Assembly: GCA_030770535.1 (NCBI GenBank) | Contig: JASVEC010000013.1 | Coordinates: 744,001-808,000 of the forward strand | Source of the DNA: Batkoa obscura | Lineage: Eukaryota | Direction of reading: 5' to 3' | DNA: 64,000 nt | Part shown: piece after piece, positions 49,811 to 64,000 of the stretch | Layout: the number at the start of each line of letters is the position of its first letter | Position numbering within the stretch: position 1 is the stretch's first letter | Program-made: the position numbers and the translations under genes | The notes under the pieces: generated by a model | What the model was told of the DNA's origin: nothing | Databases searched by the model: none | What the model saw: the letters and a program-made list of their open reading frames with translations, nothing else

Positions 49811-51299
49811 TAGAGCATTAAGTTATTACTATTTAATCGTTACTCTAGGAATTGAAATAAGTATCAGAGGAAGATAGAGTATTACTATACTATTTATTTG
49901 GAACGGTAGTCACAACATACAAATACTTATAAGAGTTAAAATAGAAAACGTAGTGTTTATAACGCTTCTAACATCAACTAAAACAAAGGAAGTTACTTAT
50001 TAGTATTGAATTAAGTTTAAATTTTTCTTTTTAGTATATTAAGGCATAACAAAAAATATCTTACTTGAAGATAGCTAATTATACAAAAAAGGAACGTGAT
50101 AAGGTGACTTTTCATAGCATAGGGATAAGAAAACTGTTTTAATTGAGAGGTATTATAAATAGTTATTGAAAGCGAATCTAGAGAAACAGATGACGTTGAA
50201 TTACAATCAATATTTAATTGAAGTTAAAGAAAAAGAATTTAAATTTGAAAATGTGGTTACGAATACGAATATCAATAAAGGGATAAATTAATCATATCAT
50301 ACCACTCATTGGTCATTATGCCTTCTAATAAGTGGCCAACTTATTAATGGGACTGATGATACGAGCACAGGCTATTATACTTTGATTCACGATAGTTATA
50401 AAAAATATTTTATTTTTAAGGATCTCCCGATTTACCAACAAGTAGAACATTGTCTACTATCGCTTGTCAATCTTATGTATAAAAGAATAATTTATTTAAG
50501 TTGTTAAAAACAAATGAAAATTATGTATTGGATTTATACTTTAATAAGTTTATTTTATATTTAACCTCGAATTATAAAAAGTAATTAACCTAAAAAAGCT
50601 TTTTTAGAGAAATAATACTAGTAGTTTAATAGGAGAAATAATGAAGATGATAGGATAATATGATAAACAGCTACAATAATAGTCCAATAGAGAATAGAAT
50701 AGAAGGAATTGATAGATGGTACAGCATAATAATACGGTAGGATGTATAACAATAATATGATATAATAGGTAATAATAATACTGCAATAGGAAACACATCA
50801 GTAATAATCCAATAGAGATAAAGTAGCAATAACACAATAAGAGATACAGAAATAATTATGTAATAGTATATTTATAACAATAATACAAAAAGAAATATAG
50901 CAAGAAGGCAATAGATGATACAATTGAAATAAGAGTGAAGTCATATTTAAAAATATTAAGTTATAATTCAATCCAGATTAACATAGGGATGGCTTCGATC
51001 TCATCGTAGAAGTCTGGTTCAACGATGATTTTATTTTTAGTGTAAAACACTAACTCAGATTCAAGATCATAATTTACGTTAGGATCAATACTAGTTAAAA
51101 GCAAAATTCTCTACATATGATGCATTAAGATTGAAAAAAAGGGAAAGAAGGTACATAAACTGTTCCAATGTTATATAAAAATATTTCGCTTTAATTTTTG
51201 TAACTCCGTTACATTTAATAGATTCGTGGTCCTCACTATAAAGCCTACTATCTTTTAAAACAAATCCATCAATAAGGCCATCTATATTGAATTTGAGTT

Positions 51300-52190
51300 A
51301 ATCAAACTGAATAATTGGAATATTCGTTAAAGCTATTACCTTTAATAAATTTTTAGACAAATTGTATAAATAGATTTCTCTTAAAGTTGGAAGTTTTAAG
51401 TAATCTAACTAATTTTTGACATTGTATCAAAATAACCTAAAGTAACTGTACTGGTATTATTAATGTGTTGGATTGTATTTCCAATACTTCCAGGTTTGTA
51501 ATAATATCTATAATAATCTAACATTTTGATGCTTACTAAACCTCTTAGATTCCCAAAAATTTTAGTATTAAAATTCACTTCCAATGATTATTAACTCAAA
51601 CAGCTAAAAAAATTAATTTTTGGATTAATACTAATTGGTGAATTGATTTTTCAATGAGATTTCAAATGCAATGACTTTAAAGTATTAAATTGCGCTCTAA
51701 TACTATCAATCCCATCAACATTTAAACTAAATGTTGTACATAACTTTAACTCTTTTAATTTAGTTGAATTCAAATGTTGGATGATATTACTAATAACTAA
51801 ACATTTTCCATTAATTTCAGGTACTTCTCTCTATTTTGAAAGCTTTTGGAAATCATCAAGGTCACTTATGTTGCTCAAGGCAATTAAGTACAAATTTTCT
51901 TGAATTGGGGAGTTTTAATTCTAAAACGATTTTTTTATTTATAGTTGAATACCAATACCAAACTGATTCAATATTAGGACATTCTTTTAAAAAGCATTCT
52001 TTATCATGATAAATATTTAAATGCTTCATCAAACATCCGTTTTCTTTAATAAATTGCTCTTGGTGGTTTCAATAAATGTTATAAAGATCCTTATTAAATA
52101 AATAGGCTTTTATTAAATCCTCTCCTAGCAGATATTTGAGAATTTTTTTCAAAATAAGATTAGGTAAATTGCTAAGAGTTCGAACTATTT
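51300..52190 (-). pseudogene. F-box/LRR-like pseudogene
   Basis: LSNLPNLILKKILKYLLGEDL (F-box-like), then frameshifted FIKENGCLMKHLNI..FLKECPNIESV and LNSTKLKELKL repeats. Confidence 0.55.
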
Positions 52191-53371
52191 TTCAAATATT
52201 AAAAAAAATAATATTGCTAATCAAATCAGTTTTTAAAAAAGTATATTAAAAATATATTAAAGTATTTAGTTGTTATGAATTTAGCATTTTTTATTTTAAG
52301 CTGATTTAAGTAAAATAAAAATAAAAATAAAAAATAAATAATTGTAATAGTGATACTGTAAGAATTTTAGTTGACTTAGATTACTGGTTAATTTTTCAGC
52401 TCAGATTAAGCAATTATTTTCACAAATTTCAGTTGATATGTAATTTTTACCAGCAAATATTTATACAAATAATTACATTTTTACTCAACTATCTTGTTCC
52501 TTTACCTAATTTTTAAAGGTAAATAATTGGCTCTTATTTTCTCTGCTCCCTTTCACTTCACACTATATATAGAATGTTTGATTTATTATAATAAAGTTAC
52601 TTTTCAATTAATATAATTTTTACAACTTTGTGCTTTTTATATCATCCTATAGTGTACAATTTTAGACACTGATATGAAATGTTGAATAGGCTTTACACAA
52701 TTTATAAAAGTGATCTTCACAAATATAACTAAATTAGATATTACAACAATTATTTTAATTTGACATTAATTTTTAGTCAATAATTAGTAGATTTAAATAT
52801 ATTAAATACTATTATTCTGTGAACAAATTAATATTTTTCTATAAGGAATTTAAGGCATACCATTTCTATGTTAAAACTTCCGCTATATCTTTTAATTAAA
52901 ATTGAATTTTTTTATAACTTTGTTATATTATAGTCATTAAAAATTAATTTGAAATTAAACCCAATGTTGTTTGATCTTTAATATCCTTATTCATGCTATA
53001 ATACTGCTATCTTTATCTTTATTTTTTTATAATGTATCGGACTAAATTAAATAATTTAAAGTACATTAAATCTACATAGCATTAAAATAACTATAGCAAG
53101 TATACTTATAAAGTTAAAACTTTGTTATATTTTTTAACAACTCGCATTATATCCGTGGTTAACAAGAATTTAAAAAAAATAGAGTAGTACAACACATCCT
53201 TAAATAGCAATAAAATTCTCATTGAACTCCAATATTCTATAACTTTAAACATATCTTATTTTATTTTCTATTTTACATATTGATTATTGTTAATTTACAA
53301 AACTATTGTTCGCTATAAATTCAGAAAAACACTAAGAAAAATCAATATTTAACTTACAACAAACCAAAAGT

Positions 53372-54966
53372 TTATCCAACAAGAATTGTTTGTACTTCGC
53401 CATCTTCCACTTCAACTTCATAATTTAAACTCAATAGTAGTAATGCAGCTATCAGCAACAGTGTTGAAGCTGCAAATAATACAAAATAAACATCAAACTT
53501 TGGTATCTAGAATAAATTAAAGCACCATTAAAAATTTATTATTATTAATTAATAATTTTACAATAACTTACTAAATTTAAACAAATAGCTACCATTAAAT
53601 TTAATGGTGTACGAAACAAAGCTAATAAATTAGCTTTGATACTTTGGGGTAAGTATTGATTCCTCAGTTGTGATATAGTAGGGTAATAGATACCCACAGT
53701 GAATTCAAATACGACAAAAAAGAGCAATATGAGATGAAAATTCTATATAAAATAATGATTACTATATTAATACTAAACTAGTGCTTTGTACATAAACCAT
53801 TTTCTCTCTTACCTTTGTCAATGAAGCCAAAAACAAAGCCAAAAAAGCGAGTAAAAACAAGGCTATAATCAAAATTTTCAATTTGATTCTTTGTTGATTA
53901 TATAAATAATTAAATAGAATAGAGCCCATAGACATACTTAACATAAATAAAGAAAATAAATAACCTAAATTTAAGTTGACATTGGGGTTGATATTTGTCT
54001 CAATTAATATTGGTGCCCATAAAAAGGCAAAAGTATACATAGAACATTCAAATAAAGATTGAGAAATGGCTATTAAGAGGGCGTTGTTATCTATTGGTAT
54101 TTAGTAAATAAATAAAATAATTGTATACTAAATTAAAGAATAGCTTACCTTGTAATAAATATTTAATCGAATTTTTAAAATTAGTTAAATTAAATAGCTA
54201 TCAATAACCATTAATACTAAATTACAATTTAGAAAAGCAGTATCTTCTTTACCTTCATTTTTTCACCATGATTTTCTTTCCAAGTGATTTGTATAGCGAT
54301 AAAACAAGCCAGCAAAATTACATTAGCTAAATTAAAAGGTGCTACAAAGGAATAATTCTTCACCAATATTTCCGCTAAAAAACCAGCAACTATAGCTGCT
54401 ATAGCATTAAGAAATGTAATTAAACTAAAGGTTTTTGCCAACCAAGGTTTGGGATAATCTAATTAAATTGAGGAGTTACTTATTTAAATAGTTATTATGA
54501 GTGAAATTAAACTTACTATGGTTAAAATGTTCTTCTACCATCCAAGTTTCAAATACTGAAAATAGAATAGTGGTAGCACTACCAGCTATAAAGCGCCCAA
54601 AGAGTAGATAATAATAGTTGGTGGTGTTGAGTATGAAGCCATGGATGAGATATAATATTATAAATAAACTACCAATTTTTTTACGACCACTGATTGGAAT
54701 GGAAATATTATCAATTTAGAATGTACTAAGATTAAATTAAATTGAACTTACATCCCATCCGCCAAACCAGCAATAATAGGGCCAATAATCGCCCCTGCAA
54801 TATAGCCAATTGTAAATAAATTAACGATTTGGTTTAAATTATAGTCATAGCTCATATATAATTTAATGATATAAGGTGCTTGTAACCATTCACATAACAT
54901 TATTGAACTAAATATTGTTAAAAAGTTATATTGAAACTTCTTAAACTCAATCAATTGTGTATCCAT
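53372..54966 (-). CDS. MFSD5: MFSD5/MOT2-type MFS (molybdate-anion) transporter, multi-exon
   Basis: EWLQAPYIIKLY, GLAD..GRKK, GRFIAGSATTILFSVFETWMVEEH, QSLFECSMYTFAFLWAP, FEFTVGIYYP, LFRTPLN. Confidence 0.9.
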
Positions 54967-55099
54967 TTCTTATTATATTATAGTACTTTTAACACTCTTT
55001 ATTAATTAAAACTTTAAACAAAACGATTTAAAAAATTATTCATTCTATTAGAATATAAATACTTTATTTACAAATTTCCTGCTTAATAAATCAACGAAC

Positions 55100-55136
55100 C
55101 ACGTGATCAAGGTGTCATCCCTTGGAAAAATGACGT
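55100..55136. promoter_or_regulatory. Candidate E-box (CACGTG) and CRE-like (TGACGT) sites upstream of MFSD5
   Basis: Motifs at 55100-55105 and 55131-55136 in the short ATG6-MFSD5 spacer. Confidence 0.3.
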
Positions 55137-55182
55137 GCTAAATTTTTTTCTTTTTAAAAAAAACTAGCAAACTAAATATCTT

Positions 55183-57077
55183 TCATTTCAAATTACTCGC
55201 ATTGACATGCGATGTCAAAAAATACAATATAGATTTTGTATTCCTCAAAGTATATCTTAAAGCTTTCGACCATTGAGCTAAATTATGAAATTGAAAATGA
55301 ATGGGTAAATTATTAATTCGATCATTATCAATTCTAAATCAAAATACAAGCACATTAATAAGCAAATAGTTATATTATAAATCAAAAAATAGTACTTATA
55401 AGGTAGTTTAAATTTAGGATCCAAAGTTTGTATATATAAATGAATTTGCTCTAAACAAAAAAGATAACCTGCCATAGCATAATCATATCTTCTTAATAAT
55501 AAAATTCTTGAAAATGTAGATTCAGGTGGTAAAAATAATTCATAGTATTCTTTAGTACCATCTTGATTTTCTTTTAAGATTTTTGAAAAAGAACCGTTTG
55601 GATAGGGGGTATATCTAAGTTAAGTTATTAATAAATTAAAGTTATTATTAGTATTCTTACTTTTTAAAATTGAAATTTAATTTATTAGCTGCAACATGTA
55701 AAGCTAATACCGTTTGTCCCCAAGCGGCATTAATTTCATTCCATTCTGTCTAATTAAAATCAATATTAATACTACTATTGTGTTATTACAATACAATTAA
55801 TATACTTACATTGTGCTCTGGAGGTAATCTACCTAATCTTAAACCATTAATTGTACCAATCCCATCAAATTGAGATATATGAAATAAATCATTAAATATA
55901 GAAGTATTATGTAATATTTCTAATTGTTTTAAATCAAATTGATATTTGGAATTTATAGTTAAACAGTTAATTTCAAATTGATTTAATTGTAATTCATAAT
56001 TATTAAATTCATTCCAATAACTAATATAATAACAAATAAATACAATAACACTAATACATAATTAATAAAATTTACTTCTCTTCTTCAATTTTTAAATAAC
56101 TATCTTCTTCTTCCAGTTCTTTGATATTTAATTTTAAATTTTCTAGCTGTTTTTCTAATTCTTTTAATGAATCTATAGTTGAACTTTCTTTTATCTTCAA
56201 CTAAAAAATCGAATCTCATTAACATTCTCCTCCATAATAAACCAATACATAAATCCTTTACCTTTTCAATTTCATTTTCCAATTGATTAGCGTCATTAAC
56301 ATTTACCCCATCTTCATTATTATTCCAATTGTTATTTGGTCTCATCATCAAAGTAGAATATTCTTTATATTTCAATTTTTCCCTAATCGCTTCATTTTTT
56401 TTTCTCAACAAACCTTTAATTAAAACATCATAACATTCTTCACATAAAGGATGATTAAAATCAGAACTTTCATTAATTTTATCAAATAATTGACTTTGTA
56501 TTGTCAAAAGTGTACTAAAATTAAAATTATTTTGACTATTTGATTGTGAGTTTGAGTTTGACTGTTCTTGTTTATTATCTTCTTCACTATCAATCAAATA
56601 TGGATTTAATACTGATTGTGTTAACTGAGATTTTCCTAAGATTATAAACGATTCCGTTGGGTTTGATTCGAAATTGCCATTTCCTCCAATTATTGAATTT
56701 AATTGGTTTTCATTTGTACTATTATTACTACTGTTTCCATCAGTTATATTATTATTATTATTATTACTTATTATACTATTTTCCGGGATTGTTGGTATGG
56801 ATAAATGTATTTTTCGTTTAAATTCTTCTTTATCAATACTTCCTAATCTTGGTTGGCTGGTGAGTAATTCATGATAATTTTTATTATTATCAATAGGTTT
56901 GCTTTGGATAATGCCTGAATTTATAATGAGGAAAAGGAATTAGTATAAGTGTATATAGAAATGAGAATAAATAAATCATTTACTATTCATCAAATCATAA
57001 GTACTAGCATTAATATCTAATAAACTCTCATGCGATTTGACGATGTTTTGACATCGTTGACAAGAAATTATGGACAT
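55183..57077 (-). CDS. ATG6: Autophagy protein Atg6/Vps30/Beclin-1, multi-exon
   Basis: [19 protein letters not shown], coiled coil, [36 protein letters not shown]. Confidence 0.93.
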
Positions 57078-57279
57078 TTTCTGCGAAAGTTGAAATATTA
57101 TAAAAAATTAAAAAAATTAAAATTTAATGTTTACAAAAAATTACAAAAGCATTTCAACTCATTTCATTTTATTTGAACCAATTAAAATCGATTTAATATG
57201 CAAATTAAAATAACTTTGAATTTTAAGCATTCCTTGGACTCTTTTATTTGATTCTATTCTTTTTTTAAATACTAAGAAA

Positions 57280-58460
57280 ATGCAAGCTGATAATATGGAA
57301 CATCAAGAAGTTAATAGTAGTAATCAAAATATAATGGAAGAGAATAATAATATTATCGATAATAATGAACAAAGCCAATCTCATAATGAAACTAAAAATG
57401 AAGAGCCTAAGGAAGTTGTTGAAAACCCAATCGAATCCCAAAACAATAATGAAGCTGATGTTCATAACGAAAGTAATAATGTGAATGAAAGTATAAGGGA
57501 TGGAAGCAAGAACCTCATCAAAGATAATACTAATACCCAAAGTCAGAATAAAACTGAAAATATGGATGAAGAGAATAAGAGTGTAATTGAAGATAGTCAA
57601 CATCCTCAATCTCATCAAGAATTGGACAATATTAAACAAGAACACGACAATGAAAGATTGGAAAATCAACAAGGTAGTATGCAACACTTAGAAAAATATA
57701 AAAGGTTAAATGAAACTAGAAATAAAGTAAGTGGAATTGATTTCAATTTGTATTTGAAAATAATTGTAATTAACTAATTATTTTCTTAGATATGTCCCTT
57801 TTTATTACGTTTATTTTGTAGAGAAGGTTCTCATCATAGGTAAGTTATAAATTTGGAATAGCAAAGTAGAACAATTAAAATTAATGTTTTGATTTAGTTT
57901 ATTAGAGTTCGGAGATGATTTATTACCTTTAGAAGAAGAAATACGTTTACATGCATGGTAAGTCAAAAGCACTCTGTTCCCACTATCAACTAATTAACTT
58001 TTCTTATAGGAAAAATACTAGCCTTGGTGAACTTAGTCTTCTACTAAAACACGTTTATCAGCAAGAAATTCAAAAAGACAATGTGGTTTCCTTCAAGATT
58101 GTATATTATGATAGTAATTTACGAAAATATTCAGCGAAAGATGCAGGTGCAGTTATCTATGGTAGAAGATCAATTGCTGATGATAAAACATTAGCCGAAT
58201 TAAAATTTTTTATTGGGGATTATTTGTCGATTGCTATCCTTCCTCCACAGCCTCTCAATCCTGTCAAGAGTGAAGAAACTAGAAGAATAAGTGATGTGAG
58301 AAGAAATAACGGACGATTTTATGAAAATAGAGGGTATAATATGGACAATAGAGGTTATATTGGTAATCAACAGGCACCTTATAGGAAATATTCCGCTCCT
58401 AGGGAACCGTATAATGCAAGAAATTTAGCAAGAGATAATAGGTACTATCGTAGGAATTAA
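57280..58460 (+). CDS. SAP18: Histone deacetylase complex subunit SAP18 with N/E-rich N-terminal extension, multi-exon
   Basis: ICPFLLRLFC, LHAWKNTSLGEL, DDKTLAELKFFIGDYLSIAI. Confidence 0.9.
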
Positions 58461-58652
58461 TTGGAAATGAAGATTTGGATGACTTTTTTAAAAAAAAGAT
58501 TAAACAAAATTCAATATTATTGGTTCCTAGTTTTATGAATGTAATAAATGAATAAAAATCGTCCATTTTTTGAAGCTTTTTTTCAAAGTTTTTTAGTTTA
58601 TTTGTTTTACAGTTTAGAATTATAAAATTATAGAATTATAGAATTATAAAAT

Positions 58653-60752
58653 ATGAAATTTAATATCAATAGATTAAATTTTAGTTTGAATGTTATTAGA
58701 AAATGGACAACGGTTAGTTTAAATCATGTTAATAAAGAAAAGGATTTGGGTAAGTTTAACATTATTATTAAAATCAATTTCACAATCATAATAATATCGA
58801 CTAAACTCAACTTATATAGTTTATGTAGCTATGTCTGGTGGAGTGGACTCGACTGTTACAGCCTATTTATTAAAAGAGAAAGTAAGTTGACAATATGTTT
58901 GTTTTATCTAAAAAAATAGAATAATAATCAATTCAGGGTTTAAATGTTCAGGGAATCTATATGCAAAATTGGGATGTTAAGGAAGAAGGAAGTTTAGATT
59001 CAAGTTGTGAAAAAGAATGGGAAAAAGTACAAAATATAGCTAATTATTTAAAAATTCCTTGTAAAAGAGTAATTTTATATATATTATTTTTATCTATTTT
59101 TAAATAACTTATTTATTACATTCTCTCGTATTAAACTTATTATTATCATTATTATTATCATTAAATGAATATCGTTATTTGTAATAGGATGTTAATTTTG
59201 TTTTTATTTTTTTAGTTGAATTTTATTAAAGATTATTGGAATTTTGTATTTGAAAGAATGATTTTTGAATACTCGATAGGATTAACCCCTAATCCAGATA
59301 TAATTTGTAATAATTTTATTAAATTTGATAGTTTGATTCAAAGATTAAATATTCAACAACATAGTAATATTTGGTTAGCTACTGGTAAATTGATCTTTTA
59401 TTTAATTATATTAATTTATTTTATTATTAATAATAAGGCCATTACGCTCAACTGAAGTATAATCAAAATAATAATAAATATCAATTATTTCAAGGTAAAT
59501 ATAAGACTATAACTATTTAATATACTATTTTCTATCAATATTAATTTAATTATTATACTAGCAATTGATCCAATAAAAGATCAAACATATTATTTATCTA
59601 ATTTAAAACAACATCAATTTAAAAATGTAAGTTGAATAATAATAAAATAATATTTATATAATTAATACAATATATTAATATAATAATAATTCATTATAGG
59701 TTCTCTTTCCTTTAGGCTATTATCATAAAACAGAAGTTAAACAAATAGCTAAAAAAATAGGATTAACAAGCATTTCAGAACAACCCGAATCTATGGGTAT
59801 TTGTTTTATTGGTAAAAAGAAAAAATTTAATGAATTTTTAAGTAAGTTAGAATATATTAATAAAAATAGAAATAATATCATAATATAATATAATATAATA
59901 TAATATTATAATGGAATAAATTGAACTTATTGTTTATTATTAGATAACTATATTTCTAATAATCCTGGTAAAATTATAACTACTGAAAATGAATTTATTG
60001 GTAACTTAATTAGAATAATAAAAGAATTCTTTATTAACAATAGTAATATTATTATTTTAGATTATCATGATGGTATATGGAGTTATACAATTGGACAACG
60101 ATTAAGATTAAGTTTTAAATCCAAAAAGTAATAATTGTTAATTCAAAATAATTCTAATAGTTTCATTATAATATTAATAATTATATTTTTTTATATTAGA
60201 TATTATATAATTTCTAAAGATATTAAAAATAACTTATTAATCGTAGCTCCAGATAGGTAGATTATATATTTTAATTAAAAAATAATTTAATCTATTTAAT
60301 TTACATTTATTAGAAATCATCCTAAACTATATCAATCTGAATTAATACTTTCTTCAATTGATTGGATATCTGAAGAAATACCAAAAGAATTAAAAAGTAA
60401 GTTATCTTTAATTTATTATAATCTATTTACATCATATTAATTTAAAACTAACTCAAAACTTTATTATATTTTAGTTAACAAATATCAACTTTATTATTTT
60501 AAATTAAGGTCCACAATGAAATTACAAAAGTGTTATTTATATTATAATTCAATCAAAAACAATTATAAAATTTATTTTTTAAATACTCAACGTGGTATTG
60601 TAGCTGGACAAGTAAGTTTTTAATTATTATTCTATTATTAAATATATTTATTAATATTAATATTAATTTTTTAATTTTAATTTTAGTATTTAGTTTTATA
60701 TTCCATAGATCAACAATGTTTAGGTTCAACAATGATAAAAAATAAAAATTAA
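58653..60752 (+). CDS. TRMU: Mitochondrial tRNA 2-thiouridylase MnmA/TRMU/Slm3, multi-exon
   Basis: VAMSGGVDS, GIYMQNWD, TPNPDIICN.FIKF, ATGHYAQ, KDQTYYLS, ESMGICFIGK, YTIGQR, QRGIVAGQ. Confidence 0.93.
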
Positions 60753-60846
60753 TAGAATTACAAAAATAAAAGTGTTTGTTTTAATTTAATAATAAAAAAA
60801 GGAATTAAGAATCCTAAAATAAAATAAAATAAAATAAAATAAAAAT

Positions 60847-63800
60847 TTATCGATCAAAAGGTCCTAAAAATAAATAGTGTTATTAATATCTCATAATTAC
60901 ATTATTATTAAACTTGAATTTTATATTATATATTATTATTATTATTATTTTACCTTCATCATCTAAAAAATTATCTCGATTGTGTTGATCTCTAATAATC
61001 GATCTTCTTTGATTTTCAAATCCAATGTTACGACTACCAAAGGCATGTTGAGCTTCTGCTTTAAAATGACTTAATGCTGTTCTTGCTCTATCTTTAACAT
61101 CTAAACTATTATCTTTAGCTAAATTTTCTAACAATCTTTCAAATCCCATTGCTTTTAATTTTCGTATTCTTTGAAAACATTCTATATTTAATAAAAAATA
61201 AAGAATAAAAAATAAAAAATTAATAATATTATATATTACATATTATTATTAATTTACCTTCTTGATTATCGTCAATCCAACTCAAATTTATTACTACCCA
61301 AATTGCAGCTACTCTTACTTGTTGATTAGCATGATTCTAGAATAAAAATTAATATTAAATTAATGTTATTAAATTAATAATAAATCTTACCAAAGCACTT
61401 CTAACACTAGTTAAAATACTACCTGAATTCATAATAAAAGATTTATGTTCTTTATTTCCAGTAGATATATTAACTACACAAAACATTGTCTAATAAATAA
61501 ACAAAAATATAATATTAGTATTCTATTTTAAAATAATATAAATAATAATTCAATTACTTGTATTTTAATATTAGTAAAACTAGATTCTAATTTCTTTTCT
61601 AATAAAGAAACTAATCTTTTACTACCCATTCCATTAATCAGCTCATCAAGATCCTAAAAAAAATCAAAATTATTTTTATTTCTATTATTTTTTATAATAT
61701 TTCAACTTACTGGTTCTTCTCCACATGATAAATTTCTAACTAATCCCAATGTCTGCTCTTGTACATCAGGCAATCCATTAAGAATAAAGCTAAATAAAGA
61801 TAATAATTTTATTAATACATAATCCACTTTTAATATACAATTAATACTCACTCTTCCAACCTAGAATAAGCTAAAATTGACATTAAACTTCTTTTTACTG
61901 AGGGATCTGATTTAAAGATTAAATTTTTTAATGCCCATATAGCATTTAAACTTAATTCTTTATCTGATGCATCAACTAATGCTACCAATTTTTCAATACC
62001 TCCATTTTGTACAATATCCTAATGATAAAATAAATAAAAAGTAAAATAATTAATATCTATTAATTCTATTACTATTAATTAACACTTACTGTTTTCATTG
62101 GTGAAAATTTTAATACTACATTACATAAAGTAGATACAGCTACACTTTTGACAGTTATGTCTTCATCATCTAATAACTAAAAATTTATAATTAAATAAAA
62201 ATATTATATTCATTTTATTATTCATTTTAAATAATAATAATAATACTATTTTTAAAACTCACCTTAAATAAAGGTTTAAATAAACCAGCATCCATTAATT
62301 CTGTTCTTAAATATCTAACCGATCTTGACAATGATCTTACACATTGACAAGCTGCTGCTCTAACTCCTGTTTTTGGATGAGATATAGCATCAATAATTCG
62401 TGGCATACATTTAGCTTCAATTATCTTAATTCAATAATAATAATAAAAAGACATATAAATGAATTTCAATTTTAAATATTAAAAGAATCTTACTGCTTCT
62501 CTACATTCTTCTGTTAAGGAACCAATAGAAGCTAAAGCAATTAATGAATTTTCCTCAAATAAATCCTTATCTTTTGGTTGATAATAAAAAAAATTATTAA
62601 TATTTTGTTTATATTCCGATAACTTGGAAATAGCTTCTGATAATTTGGTAATAGCATCTAAATCACATGCTGTTTTTTGTAATTTTTCATCTTCTGCTAC
62701 TAATTCAGATAATATTAACGGCGCTTCTATTTTTACGGTTCCATTGGCTTCAAGGAGTTTGACTAAAGTTGGAATTAAAATTAAAGCTACTTCACTATTT
62801 TTATCTTCTAATGCTTTAGATCGTAATAAATTGGTTAAACTTAATAATGTTATTAATTAATAAATTAGCTTTTAATAATTAGATAGTAAATAACAATAAA
62901 AATTTACCAAGAAGCAGCTGCTAATTGAATTGATGGACTCATTGAGCGTACAAAGCTAAGTAACAAATCAACAGTTGGAATAGGTCCAGTGGCTAATTTT
63001 AAATAAAAAAATTTATTATAAATTTATATGTTAATAAGCATATTGAGCCTACATTGAATAGTCAAAGCCCATCTCCCTACATCAATATTTTTTTTACATA
63101 AAGCTGATAAAGCTAATAAAGCAGCCTCTTTAGCCTACAAAAAATCAATTTTGTCAATTTTTATCTAACCTAAATCTCATTGATTTTAGTTCTTACTTTA
63201 GTAGAATTAGATTGTAATAAATTAATCAATAATGGAATCACATCTCTTGATTTTAATTGATTTTGTCGATCATTAGTATCACAACTTTTGGCTAAAATTA
63301 AAGCGGCTAATTCAGCTGTATGTAAAGTAGGTATTTGTTTTTTTTCAATATCAATATCAATATCTAAATCATTAATTTCTAATAAAGATATTATGTTTTT
63401 TAAGTTTGGATCCTAAAAAAATAGAAAATAAGTTTTTTTTAATCAAAATTCTGTTTTTTTGTTCTAATTTACTAAATTATTTACCTTGTAAATTAAGCCA
63501 CTATCTACTTTAGAATGTTGTAATAATGCTTTTAAAGACCTTGATGCTGCTTCAATTAACTCTAAAGGATATTTATTCAAGTCAATACACCCTACCAACG
63601 AGGCTATGGCTTTATGTTGGACTAATTCATTCACTATTTCAGGGGAGCCTAGAATCAAATGGATATTATTATAACTCTTCTTTTAATTAAATTATCATCT
63701 CTTACCATAAGCCAAACTACCTAAAACAATAACTGCTTGAATAATCACGGACATACTTTCTTCTTCTTTAGTATAAATGATTTGGATAATTCTAATTTAA

Positions 63801-64000
63801 TCAAAGTATTAAATCTCTTTGATCATTCTTAATTGATATACAATAACAATCTATTTACTTTGGTATTAACCCAATTTGTACATATAAATTCTTTTTGGTT
63901 CGATTTCCAATGACTTCATTTTTAATCGTTTTTAGTGCCTCCATTTTGTTATTGATACTACCCTCTTCCACTCCGTTTAATAAGGATAGTTGTAAATTAG
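60847..64000 (-). CDS. ARMC8: Armadillo-repeat protein ARMC8/Gid5/Vid28 (GID/CTLH E3 ligase), 5' end outside the window
   Basis: LKTIKNEVIGNRTKK, LGSLAYG, RAAACQCVRSLSRSVRYLRT, LCNVVLKFSPMK, NAIWALKNL, EQTLGLVRNL, DVKDRARTAL. Confidence 0.9.

Noticed and set aside
32972..64000. Minor (U12-type) introns
   Set aside because: The introns I inspected had ordinary GT(A/T) donors and no RTATCCTT signature; the check was not exhaustive.

Overview
This is very AT-rich eukaryotic DNA with many short GT-AG introns. The gene content (phenylalanine hydroxylase, SPO71, JSN1/PUF, ARMC8, MFSD5) suggests an early-diverging fungus, plausibly Entomophthoromycotina/Conidiobolus-like; that placement is inference. 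Recognisable genes are a divergent CNOT9/Rcd1, a BAH protein with an Rsc1/2-like tail, an LRRC58-like LRR protein, PAH, two tandem PRXL2/AhpC-TSA genes, a JSN1/PUF2-type gene, GGT, CCT8, SPO71, MFSD5, ATG6, SAP18, MnmA/TRMU and a partial ARMC8. An accessory island (~2.7-18.4 kb) holds three tRNA genes (Tyr, Ser, Asp), a decayed Sola-like TIR transposon with its ~98-bp MITE family (4-bp, mostly AWWT TSDs), and three ~465-bp solo LTRs. The most interesting element is two paralogous small secreted peptide genes whose 35-aa predicted mature regions align without gaps and end in (D/E)TYP, lying next to a secreted histidine-brace LPMO-like gene. All family assignments come from reading motifs by eye, and internal exon boundaries are approximate.
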